Assembly (NCBI GenBank): GCA_027076905.1
Contig: JALTGP010000208.1
Location: forward strand, 1 to 63,345
DNA: 63,345 bases
Origin: Campylobacteraceae bacterium
Lineage (GTDB): Bacteria > Campylobacterota > Campylobacteria > Campylobacterales > Sulfurovaceae
Direction of reading: 5' to 3'
Below, one piece after another: positions 28,281-36,651 of this stretch. The stretch's first letter is position 1. Every line of letters begins with the position of its first letter. The position numbers were made by a program, and so were the translations under genes. Below the pieces are notes generated by a model. That model searched no databases. It had not been told where the DNA came from and saw only the letters and a program-made list of their open reading frames with translations.

Positions 28281-29927
28281 TTGATATTTGATAATCAATA
28301 TATTCAAGAGAGAATTAAAAAAACGGAAATATTACGAACAAGAGGTATCAACCCTTATCCAAATCAAGTAAAAAAAGGAACACCCTCAAAAAAATTTTTA
28401 ACTCAATGTGCTTATGTACATGAGATAGAGACTAATGAGATAAAAAGGGATGAAACCAAAGAGTATCGTCTAACAGGTCGTCTTAAATTTATGAGAATTA
28501 TGGGAAAAGCCTCATTTGCAAAAATTGAAGATGAAGATGGATTGGTACAGATTTACTTTAACCGTGATGACCTTCCTGATGGATACTACAACGATGTGGT
28601 CAAAAAGCTTTTTGAAGTTGGAGACATTATTGAAGTACGAGGTTATCCATTTATTACTGGAACAGGAGAGCTTACACTTCACTGTCTAAAGGTAAATTTG
28701 GTAACAAAATCTATTTTTCCACTGCCTGAAAAATTTCATGGTATTCAAGACCAAGAGATTAAATATCGTCAACGCTACTTAGATATGATTATGGATGCAG
28801 AGGTGACCAAACGATTTAAAATGCGTTCGAAAATTGTCTCATCTATCAGACGCTTCTTTGAAGATAAAGGTTTTTTAGAGGTAGAGACACCAATGATGCA
28901 CCCAATTCCAGGGGGAGCCAATGCCAAACCATTTACGACTCATCACAACGCACTAGGTGTAGATAGATACCTACGAATTGCACCTGAGCTTTACCTAAAA
29001 AGACTTATTGTGGGGGGAATGGATGCTGTATTTGAAATCAATAGAAACTTTAGAAATGAGGGGATTGATGCCACTCATAATCCTGAGTTTACCTCTATTG
29101 AGTTCTACTGGGCATATAAAACCTATATTGAACTTATGGAAGTGACAGAAGAGCTGTTTGATTACCTCTTTGACCATTTAAACTTAGAGAGAAAACTCCC
29201 CTATGGAGATATCGAGATTAATTTTGCAACACCATTTGCAAAAGTTCCATGGGTAGACTCTATTGTCGATATTGGTGGTATTCCTAAAGAGGTAGCCACT
29301 GATAAAAACAAAGCTATGGCTTATCTAAAAGAGAGAAATCTAAAAGTAGATGAAAAGTGGACACTGGGGTATGTTCAAGCAGAACTTTTTGATGAGTTTG
29401 TCGAGGGAAAACTAATTAACCCTACGTTTATTACTGATTATCCTGTAGATATTTCTCCACTGGCAAGAAGAAGTGATGAAAATCCTGAAGTAACAGAGCG
29501 TTTTGAGCTGTTTATGGCAGGAAAAGAGATTGCCAATGGATTTAGTGAACTTAATGACCCAATTGACCAATATGGGAGATTTAAAGCACAAGTAGATGCA
29601 AAAGATAGCATCGCCGATGATGAAGCGATGCATATGGACACTGATTTTGTTCGAGCATTAGGCTATGGAATGACACCAACTGCTGGGGAGGGAATAGGTA
29701 TAGATAGACTAGTTATGATGCTTACCAACCAACATACGATTCGTGATGTACTACTCTTTCCTGCAATGCGTCCAGAAGCACCCAAAGCACCTCTAATCTC
29801 TGCCGAAAATAGATGTAAAAAATGTGGGAATGAAAATCCTGATGAGCTAAAACCTGCCAAAAAAGGTAAAGGTATGTTCTGTATTGATGGGAATAGCTGT
29901 AAAAAGCGTATTTCTGAACGTACGTAA
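28281..29927 (+). CDS. lysS: Lysyl-tRNA synthetase (class II) with Cys-rich C-terminal extension
   Basis: YRQRYLD, GGANAKPF, YLRIAPELYLKRL, FRNEG and GIGIDRL motifs; TTG start. Confidence 0.97.
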   Translation: MIFDNQYIQERIKKTEILRTRGINPYPNQVKKGTPSKKFLTQCAYVHEIETNEIKRDETKEYRLTGRLKFMRIMGKASFAKIEDEDGLVQIYFNRDDLPDGYYNDVVKKLFEVGDIIEVRGYPFITGTGELTLHCLKVNLVTKSIFPLPEKFHGIQDQEIKYRQRYLDMIMDAEVTKRFKMRSKIVSSIRRFFEDKGFLEVETPMMHPIPGGANAKPFTTHHNALGVDRYLRIAPELYLKRLIVGGMDAVFEINRNFRNEGIDATHNPEFTSIEFYWAYKTYIELMEVTEELFDYLFDHLNLERKLPYGDIEINFATPFAKVPWVDSIVDIGGIPKEVATDKNKAMAYLKERNLKVDEKWTLGYVQAELFDEFVEGKLINPTFITDYPVDISPLARRSDENPEVTERFELFMAGKEIANGFSELNDPIDQYGRFKAQVDAKDSIADDEAMHMDTDFVRALGYGMTPTAGEGIGIDRLVMMLTNQHTIRDVLLFPAMRPEAPKAPLISAENRCKKCGNENPDELKPAKKGKGMFCIDGNSCKKRISERT

Positions 29928-29933
29928 ACCTAT

Positions 29934-29963
29934 ATCTAGCTCTTTAGCTAGAGGTAGTTCACT
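29934..29963 (+). repeat. IS200/IS605 right-end-like hairpin relic, copy 2
   Basis: tctagct-cttt-agctaga hairpin followed by ggtagttcac. Confidence 0.55.
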
Positions 29964-29987
29964 GGTGAGATAGCAATCTCACCCTAC
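29964..29987 (-). repeat. GTAG-type REP-like palindrome
   Basis: Minus strand GTAG-GGTGAGAT-TGCT-ATCTCACC. Confidence 0.5.
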
Positions 29988-30060
29988 TAAAACTTGATAT
30001 AAATACATAATAATTTGACCCAAAGTTAAGATAATTAATATTTGTATGAAAAAAATAGTT

Positions 30061-30789
30061 TTAATAACTTACTTCGTTACAGTTAACATCATGTTTTGAG
30101 AGTTCATCATTTCGAGAGCTGAGATTAAGCTTGTTGGCATAGTAAAAACACTCTTTGTAGTTCTGTTTATCGTTATAGAGAACCTTATAGAAGCCTTGTG
30201 AGACAGCCATTCTATTTTTTCCAATACGTTTTGATCGTTGACCATATTTTACTATATTGATAACATCAAGTTCACCAAGCTCAACGGCTTTATCTCTAGC
30301 AAACTTCTCTACTTTTGACCACATATTACGGTTCACTTGTGGTGCTTGAGGAATAATATTTGCCAAAGTATAAACTGCATTCAAACTCTCATCACTCCAA
30401 TCAAATGCTGCGTCAGGAGCTAAGTGACCTTTGTCATAACCTGAGTTGATATAATCAGTTGAGGATATTCGGTATTTTTTTTCAATGCTTTTTTCTACAT
30501 AAAAAGAGGGTCTTTTATCAATATTAGGGTCATTCATTAAATCCCCTTCGAGCCTATAGGCAACACTTTTTGTTGCTTTTAATTTATAATCATAACAGAT
30601 ATGGATAAACTCATTGTCTATAATCTGATTACAGTTTGCCTCATTAATAAACTTGCTTTGGTAGTCGATGCTATTATCTTGTGTATAACTCCCCCCTTGA
30701 TTGCCACTATCTTGTGTCTCTGTTGAGTTACACCCCATTAGGGTTAATAGTAGTAGAGTAAATATGCTATTTTTTATACGATTCATCAT
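30061..30789 (-). CDS. DNA/RNA non-specific endonuclease lipoprotein (NucA/EndoG-type)
   Basis: Lipobox LMGC, SGYDKGHLAP, and N..PQ...NR..W..E motifs. Confidence 0.9.
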   Translation of the reverse strand: MMNRIKNSIFTLLLLTLMGCNSTETQDSGNQGGSYTQDNSIDYQSKFINEANCNQIIDNEFIHICYDYKLKATKSVAYRLEGDLMNDPNIDKRPSFYVEKSIEKKYRISSTDYINSGYDKGHLAPDAAFDWSDESLNAVYTLANIIPQAPQVNRNMWSKVEKFARDKAVELGELDVINIVKYGQRSKRIGKNRMAVSQGFYKVLYNDKQNYKECFYYANKLNLSSRNDELSKHDVNCNEVSY

Positions 30790-30793
30790 CTGA

Positions 30794-31252
30794 TTACCTA
30801 TAGTTTTTCATTGCTTGTTGAGCTTCACGCATCTGTGTACGTCTTTTAAGGGTCTCACGCTTATCATGAAGCTGTTTTCCTTTGGCGATAGAAATGCTTA
30901 GTTTTGCAAAGTTTCGCTCATTAAAATATATCATTAGAGGAACAATTGTCAGCCCATCTTTTTGTACCTTTTCATAGAGTTTGTTAAGCTCTTTTTTGTG
31001 CAAAAGGAGTTTTCTAGGACTTCGTGTGTCACGAGAGTAGGCACGGTTGGTGGTTTCTAGTTCAGCGATATGTGCATTCATTAGATGGAGTTCACCTTTG
31101 ATAAAACGACAAAAAGCATCATTGAGATTGGCACGTTTGGCTCTAAGGGCTTTGACCTCAGAGCCTTGTAGCACAATCCCTGCTTCAAACTTCTCTAGTA
31201 TTTCATAATCATGGTAGGCTTTTTTATTTTTTGAGACAATATTTATAGACAT
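30794..31252 (-). CDS. smpB: SsrA-binding protein
   Basis: NKKAYHDY, EAGIVLQGSEVKALR, RKLLLHKKE and GKQLHDKRE motifs. Confidence 0.97.
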   Translation of the reverse strand: MSINIVSKNKKAYHDYEILEKFEAGIVLQGSEVKALRAKRANLNDAFCRFIKGELHLMNAHIAELETTNRAYSRDTRSPRKLLLHKKELNKLYEKVQKDGLTIVPLMIYFNERNFAKLSISIAKGKQLHDKRETLKRRTQMREAQQAMKNYR

Positions 31253-31411
31253 AATTTATTCTTTTTTTAATATTATACTATACATGAGGTAAGATATCTG
31301 ATAGTGTTTTATCAAAATAGCAAACTATGGCTTAAAAAAGTGAAAAAATTAAAAAAAGTGACAAAGATAGATATTAGTCAAAAGATTGGTGACTATCTCT
31401 ATCATCATTTA

Positions 31412-32497
31412 TTAAAAAAAACGCTTCAACACCCCATAGAAATCTCTTATAAAATAAAACAGTCCAAAAAATAGAGTGCCAAAGAGTGTCCAACTTGGGA
31501 TATGTTTTAGAAGATAGTTAAACAGAGAGTTCAAGTTCCCTTTATAGCCTGTTTTTAGCAGATTGACTCTGTTGCCCATACGTACCATAAACTTCTTTTC
31601 TCCCATTTGGGAGAGTGCTTTAAAGCCATTTTCTCCATAGGTTGAGGCATAAAGAAAATTTTTATGAGATACTTTTGGTAGTTTTCTACTGTAGAACAGT
31701 GCTTTATTATTGGTCACTTGTAGTAGAATATGACTTTTTTTATTAAATTGTGTCGTAAAACTACTAAGATTTTTTAGCTCTCTAAAATTTTTTGTTTTGC
31801 TTAGGAGTTCGAGTGTCTGATTTAATCCAACCTTTTGATAAAGCTTATATATAGGAGATAAAAGCTTCTCTATATGCTTTATAGAGTAGGTATCTTTGGC
31901 TCTTTTTGCCTGTTTTACCAAGATATTACCCAACCAAGGAGGAATTTTTTCTGCTCGTTTGGCATATTTCAAAACAGAGATAGAGGTCTTAATCGAACTT
32001 GTCGCACCCAAGGTGTAGATGGTGGAGATGGTGGCAACAATTCCAAGAGAAGAGAGAGCCACTACGACCTTATCTACCTTTTTATCATTATAGAAATTAA
32101 CCCCCTCCAAAGAGAGGTCTCGTATATCACCAATAAGAAAAAAGTCCGAAACCATTGCCGATGTTTTTCCTATGTCCTCATCAGACTTACCCTTAAGCAC
32201 CCCTTCTATTAGCTTCTCACCCTGATATTCATAACTGTTACGCTTGGTTTGAATCTGCTTAAATAGCTTTTTACTTTCTGAATTTTTACGCACATAAGAA
32301 TACTCCATAAAGTAGCCAAGATACTCCTCTGCTTGAGCATATTTTTTCTCTTTGATAAGCTTTTGGGTATGGGGAATTGGGTCGATGTGTGCCAGTGTTC
32401 GGATATCAAATACTTTTCTCTCTTGTAGAAGAAGAGAGGATAGTGTCATGAGTATAAGTAGAAAGATATAAAAAAATGGTTTGGTTAAAATTTTCAA
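31412..32497 (-). CDS. Hypothetical basic membrane protein
   Basis: TTG start with AAGGAG RBS; N- and C-terminal TM helices; SDFFLIGDIRDL motif followed by a hydrophobic segment. Confidence 0.7.
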   Translation of the reverse strand: MKILTKPFFYIFLLILMTLSSLLLQERKVFDIRTLAHIDPIPHTQKLIKEKKYAQAEEYLGYFMEYSYVRKNSESKKLFKQIQTKRNSYEYQGEKLIEGVLKGKSDEDIGKTSAMVSDFFLIGDIRDLSLEGVNFYNDKKVDKVVVALSSLGIVATISTIYTLGATSSIKTSISVLKYAKRAEKIPPWLGNILVKQAKRAKDTYSIKHIEKLLSPIYKLYQKVGLNQTLELLSKTKNFRELKNLSSFTTQFNKKSHILLQVTNNKALFYSRKLPKVSHKNFLYASTYGENGFKALSQMGEKKFMVRMGNRVNLLKTGYKGNLNSLFNYLLKHIPSWTLFGTLFFGLFYFIRDFYGVLKRFF

Positions 32498-32508
32498 AAT
32501 AGCTCCTT

Positions 32509-32632
32509 TTAGTCATCTATTTCTTTGAAAAAGAGTTGAACAATGCCTCTAAAGGTATTATCCATTCGTGCATCTATCACCAAGAATTTTTTCGTAATGG
32601 GATGTGGTGCAAAATATGTTTTATCTGCCGTC
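32509..32632 (-). pseudogene. Possible 3' remnant of a TruC/RluA-family pseudouridine synthase
   Basis: Hand translation ...HPITKKFLVIDARMDNTFRGIVQLFFKEIDD* resembles the HPxT...I.A.LD C-terminus; no plausible gene start. Confidence 0.4.
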
Positions 32633-33292
32633 TCAATTAATCTTTTTGCCTTGTTTTTGAAATACCACTATATTGGGTTTTATGATTTGAATAACATTTA
32701 ACCCTACTTTTTCTGCCATTATTTCAAAACTTTTGGGTGTAAAGAAGCTTATATGGGTGATATCCCGTCTGTACCACCAGTCCAAAAACTCTTTATCCTC
32801 AGCAGAGGGGAACTGTGTCATAAGTACAATATACCCGTCACTGTTCAAGGAGTTTACCAAGGTAGTTAAAATAGAAATGGGATTTTTTAGATGTTCAAAA
32901 ACCTCTGTAGAGGTGATAAGGTCATACTGCTTTCCCTCATACACTTTTTTTGGGAAATAGTAGAGGTCATACTGGTCAACGCTTAATCCTCTATGTCTAA
33001 GCAACTCTGCCAAAACAGGACCTGAACCACACCCAAACTCCAATGCACTCTCTATTGTTTTTAAATAAGGCTCAATCGCTTTGGCAATAAACTTCTCAAA
33101 CATCTCCACATAACCCAGAGATTCAAAACTGTTTTCATGCTTATCATAGTGTGCTTTTTCCCTCTCTTTGTCTACCATATACGCATTATCTAAGTAGATA
33201 AAGCCACAATTTTGACAACGATAATAGTCCAAGTTTTTCTTATTATCACTCATCTTACTTGTGGTACTGTTGCAAATTTTACACTGAAACAT
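32633..33292 (-). CDS. Class I SAM-dependent methyltransferase with N-terminal Zn-binding motif
   Basis: CKIC...CQNC, LEFGCGSG, EVFEH and HISFF motifs. Confidence 0.88.
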   Translation of the reverse strand: MFQCKICNSTTSKMSDNKKNLDYYRCQNCGFIYLDNAYMVDKEREKAHYDKHENSFESLGYVEMFEKFIAKAIEPYLKTIESALEFGCGSGPVLAELLRHRGLSVDQYDLYYFPKKVYEGKQYDLITSTEVFEHLKNPISILTTLVNSLNSDGYIVLMTQFPSAEDKEFLDWWYRRDITHISFFTPKSFEIMAEKVGLNVIQIIKPNIVVFQKQGKKIN

Positions 33293-33436
33293 TTTTTTCT
33301 TCTTTTTGCAACATTATAGCACAGTAGTACTATTTATCTATGTCTATTTTTCTCTTTTTCTTATGATAGCTTCATGATATCTTCTTATTAATATAAAACA
33401 TGATAAAGTATAGATACATTCAAATAAAGGAAGAAA

Positions 33437-33709
33437 ATGAAACTATTACTTACACTTATGATTGCAGGTTCAGCACTTTTAGTTGCAGGTGGAGATATTA
33501 TGCCTGTTAAGGTTGTTACGAAGTATGAAAAGATTGAAGTTAAAGTTGCTTCAAAATGTTTTAAGCCAAACATCAAAAAATGTCCAGATTGTGAGGATGT
33601 TGCAGAACTTTGTCCTTATAATGGTGAGGATTTACCAGAGGCAAAAACAGAAATTTGTGAAGGTCTTGTCAGACAACAAGCTCAAGCTCAACATAGACCA
33701 AGATATTAA
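33437..33709 (+). CDS. Small exported Cys-rich protein
   Basis: AAGGA RBS, signal peptide ending AGGDIMPV, five Cys including CPDC. Confidence 0.7.
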   Translation: MKLLLTLMIAGSALLVAGGDIMPVKVVTKYEKIEVKVASKCFKPNIKKCPDCEDVAELCPYNGEDLPEAKTEICEGLVRQQAQAQHRPRY

Positions 33710-34323
33710 TCTCTACTCCACCTTTTGAGGTGGGGAAATACCAATCTATAGACATCTTCTCTGCTTCTCCACTTATATTTTTTATCCTCTTTTAATCTGA
33801 TAAAAAATAGATTTCCTGAATCTCGCCATGCATCCAATATAATACTATCCTCAATCCCTTTACCTTTAGCAGAGACAGCCAATGCATTATGTTCAAAATA
33901 GCCATCAATATCTGCCCCTACATAGTGTAGCTTTAGGCTTCTATACTGTTTTTTATTTAAAAATGCCAATAAATCCTCTGCCCAATCATAACAGAGTCCT
34001 CTTTTTTTAATGCCCATATTAATTAATGTATTGTGCCATAAAGGAGGAGAGACCAACTCATACTTTTTTACTAATTTACGCGATAAAAAAATAGCACTTT
34101 GAGCTAAATTCTGAGCCTCTTTTTGCTCAATTGTAATATCTAACTCTTCCAACATATGGGTGAGTCTCTCTATTTTTTGAGAGAGTTCAAAAGAGGTAGG
34201 GGTAGAGAGAGGAGTGAGACTACACCCCGAGAGAAAAAGAATTCCCAAAGGGAGTAAAAAAAAACTTATAAATCTATTTTTTAATCTTTTTTTAACGATA
34301 TAGTACATCATCAGGATTAACAT
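33706..34323 (-). CDS. Hypothetical lipoprotein with papain/transglutaminase-like Cys-His-Asp pattern
   Basis: Lipobox LSGC, RGLCYDWA, EHNALAV and ILDAWR motifs; start uncertain. Confidence 0.65.
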   Translation of the reverse strand: MLILMMYYIVKKRLKNRFISFFLLPLGILFLSGCSLTPLSTPTSFELSQKIERLTHMLEELDITIEQKEAQNLAQSAIFLSRKLVKKYELVSPPLWHNTLINMGIKKRGLCYDWAEDLLAFLNKKQYRSLKLHYVGADIDGYFEHNALAVSAKGKGIEDSIILDAWRDSGNLFFIRLKEDKKYKWRSREDVYRLVFPHLKRWSRD

Positions 34324-34981
34324 ATAAAATAGGAAGATAGTTGTAGAAAAAATAGATTATAACCATCATTAACCCCATATATAGCCATACATTTCGAGGA
34401 TTTAATGCCACAAAAATACCCCCAATAACCCCTGCTATTAATCCCCCAATATGGGCACTTAAATCCACGCTAGGAAATGCTAATCCAATTCCAAGATTTA
34501 AAAGTAAAAGTATGCCAAAGTTCTTCATAAACTCCATAAATTGATTTTGCATTCGTTCACGATGTACTAATACAAATCCTGCCAATGCCCCAAAAAGTCC
34601 AAATATTGCCCCACTTGCTCCAACCCCCACAGAGAGAGGGTGAAAATAGATAGAAGCCAATGACCCAACAAAAGCAGAGATAAAGTAGATAATAAGATAA
34701 GATGTTTTGGAAAATAGCATCTCAACAGAGCGACCCACAATATAAAGAGAGAGCATATTCATTAAAATATGCTCAATACCTCCGTGTAAAAACATGGCAC
34801 TAACCAGTCGCCACACTTCACCCTCTAGCACCACCAACGGACCAAACAATGCCCCTATGGTTGCTAGATACTGAGCGGACATATCCATTACATTCACCCC
34901 TGCCAAAAGAGGAAGTAGAAAAACAATAATATTAATAACCATCAAACCATAGGTGACAGGGTACTGTTTAAAATTTTCGAT
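34292..34981 (-). CDS. Rhomboid intramembrane serine protease
   Basis: WRLVSAMFLHGG, HILMNM, GASGAIFG and AHIGG motifs. The frame stays open upstream of TTG 34945 to an ATC at 34981 that lies 5 nt after AGGAG. Confidence 0.9.
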   Translation of the reverse strand: MENFKQYPVTYGLMVINIIVFLLPLLAGVNVMDMSAQYLATIGALFGPLVVLEGEVWRLVSAMFLHGGIEHILMNMLSLYIVGRSVEMLFSKTSYLIIYFISAFVGSLASIYFHPLSVGVGASGAIFGLFGALAGFVLVHRERMQNQFMEFMKNFGILLLLNLGIGLAFPSVDLSAHIGGLIAGVIGGIFVALNPRNVWLYMGLMMVIIYFFYNYLPILYVNPDDVLYR

Positions 34982-35013
34982 AAGAACTCCTATTAACTAA
35001 ATATATAACATGA

Positions 35014-35022
35014 ATTATAACA
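35014..35022 (-). promoter_or_regulatory. Extended -10 promoter (TGnTATAAT) for the rhomboid gene
   Basis: Minus strand TGTTATAAT about 23 nt upstream of AGGAG. Confidence 0.55.
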
Positions 35023-35030
35023 GACTATAG

Positions 35031-35789
35031 CTATTTAATCCTAAAAAAAGTGCTTCCACTTCCTGAAAAATACCATCCCTCTTTTGCAATGTCTCGTAAT
35101 TGGGGATAAGCAATCAATGAAGCTCTGTACAAATCATTTGCCATTACAGCATTAGCTCTATTTAAAACCTCTTTAGTTTTTAATTTATCCCATCCTTCAA
35201 ATGCCGTAGGTTCGATTTTATCGAACAACTCACGCTTAAACGTCTTATAAACCAATGGAGTATCGCAATGAATATCAGGCATAAAAAGTTCAATTTTAAA
35301 ATCTTCATCATCAAAAGGCTCAACAATTTCACCAAATCCACTAACATTAGCCATGTCATAATCATAAACAAAAAATGGAATATCCGCCCCAACCGTTGAG
35401 CCTATTTTGGCTAGAGTAGGGGTATCTATCTGTAAATCACAAATCTCATTAAAAAGACGCATAAATGCTCCTGCATCGCTACTTCCACCACCCAGACCTG
35501 CACCAGTTGGGATATTTTTTTCTACTACTACTTTATGATGTTTAAAAAAGTCTGTCTGTTCATTAATATCATCTTGTATGGCTAAAAAAGATTTATAGAT
35601 AGTATTTGATTCTACAGGAACATCTCCGCACCCCTCAATGATAAAGCTTTCACACTCTTGGGGTACAAAAGAGATGGTATCATAGAGATGAGGTAGTTTT
35701 ATAAACCGTGAGAGTAGGGTGTGGTAGCCATTTTTGTGTCCAGTTATTTTTAGGAAGGTATTTATTTTTGCATGGGCTTTTAGGGTCAT
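35031..35789 (-). CDS. ispE: 4-diphosphocytidyl-2-C-methyl-D-erythritol kinase
   Basis: AHAKIN.FL, IPTGAGLGGGSSDA, GADIPFF and SGSGST motifs. Confidence 0.95.
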   Translation of the reverse strand: MTLKAHAKINTFLKITGHKNGYHTLLSRFIKLPHLYDTISFVPQECESFIIEGCGDVPVESNTIYKSFLAIQDDINEQTDFFKHHKVVVEKNIPTGAGLGGGSSDAGAFMRLFNEICDLQIDTPTLAKIGSTVGADIPFFVYDYDMANVSGFGEIVEPFDDEDFKIELFMPDIHCDTPLVYKTFKRELFDKIEPTAFEGWDKLKTKEVLNRANAVMANDLYRASLIAYPQLRDIAKEGWYFSGSGSTFFRIK

Positions 35790-35791
35790 TT

Positions 35792-36631
35792 TTATCCTTT
35801 AATGTGTTCGATAAATTTATGCACTCTATTGAGTTTATACTTAATTTCTTTATCTCTAATTTCAATAACTGAAAAGAAATTTTTAGTTTCTACCCAATAC
35901 TCTCCATCTTCTTTATTTTCAAAATAGTCAATATAAAGTTTTTTACCAAGTTCTAAAAATTCTGGCTCTCCTGTGTAGATATTTTGAGGTATTTTTAGAT
36001 ATTTTAGAGGGTCAAGAGCCTTTTCATTCTCAAAGCTAAATGCTCCCTCATAGTCACGTTTTAGGCTTGATAGAGTAGCATTTACTCCTAACGTATCAGC
36101 GATAATTGCCCCCAAGGAACGAATGTAAGTTCCCTCTGATACTACAGCTTCAAAGTGGATAAAAGGGTGATTGTATCGTACCAAGTGAATGTCGTAGATG
36201 GTTGAAGTTATCTTTTTTAGCCTCACCTCTTCCCCTGCTCGTGCCAACTCATATGCACGTTTGCCATTGACCTTTTTGGCAGAGAATTTGGGAGGGTAGT
36301 AGGTGAGTTCTCCTTTTAGTGACTCTAAAGCTTGGTAAATCTCATTGATAGAGAACTCTTTGACCTTCTCTATCGCGTCTACATTCTCGATGTCTAAGCT
36401 TTGTGAGTTTGCTCCTAGCCATAGGGTGGCCGTGTATGCTTTGGGTGTTTTTTTAAGATATTGAAAAAGCTTAGGGTATTGCCCAGTTGCTACAATGAGG
36501 CAACCTGTGGCAAAAGGGTCAAGTGTGCCTGAAAAGCCTACCTTTTTGGTATTGTATTTTCTTTTAATGTGACCCATATATCCATTAGATGAGCGAAAAA
36601 TTGGTTTGTTTACTACAAATAGACGGTTCAT
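35792..36631 (-). CDS. truB: tRNA pseudouridine(55) synthase
   Basis: KVGFSGTLDPFATG, PPKFSAKKVNGKRAYELAR and GTYIRSL motifs. Confidence 0.96.
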   Translation of the reverse strand: MNRLFVVNKPIFRSSNGYMGHIKRKYNTKKVGFSGTLDPFATGCLIVATGQYPKLFQYLKKTPKAYTATLWLGANSQSLDIENVDAIEKVKEFSINEIYQALESLKGELTYYPPKFSAKKVNGKRAYELARAGEEVRLKKITSTIYDIHLVRYNHPFIHFEAVVSEGTYIRSLGAIIADTLGVNATLSSLKRDYEGAFSFENEKALDPLKYLKIPQNIYTGEPEFLELGKKLYIDYFENKEDGEYWVETKNFFSVIEIRDKEIKYKLNRVHKFIEHIKG

Positions 36632-36651
36632 AATTTCCTTATTTAAATTGT

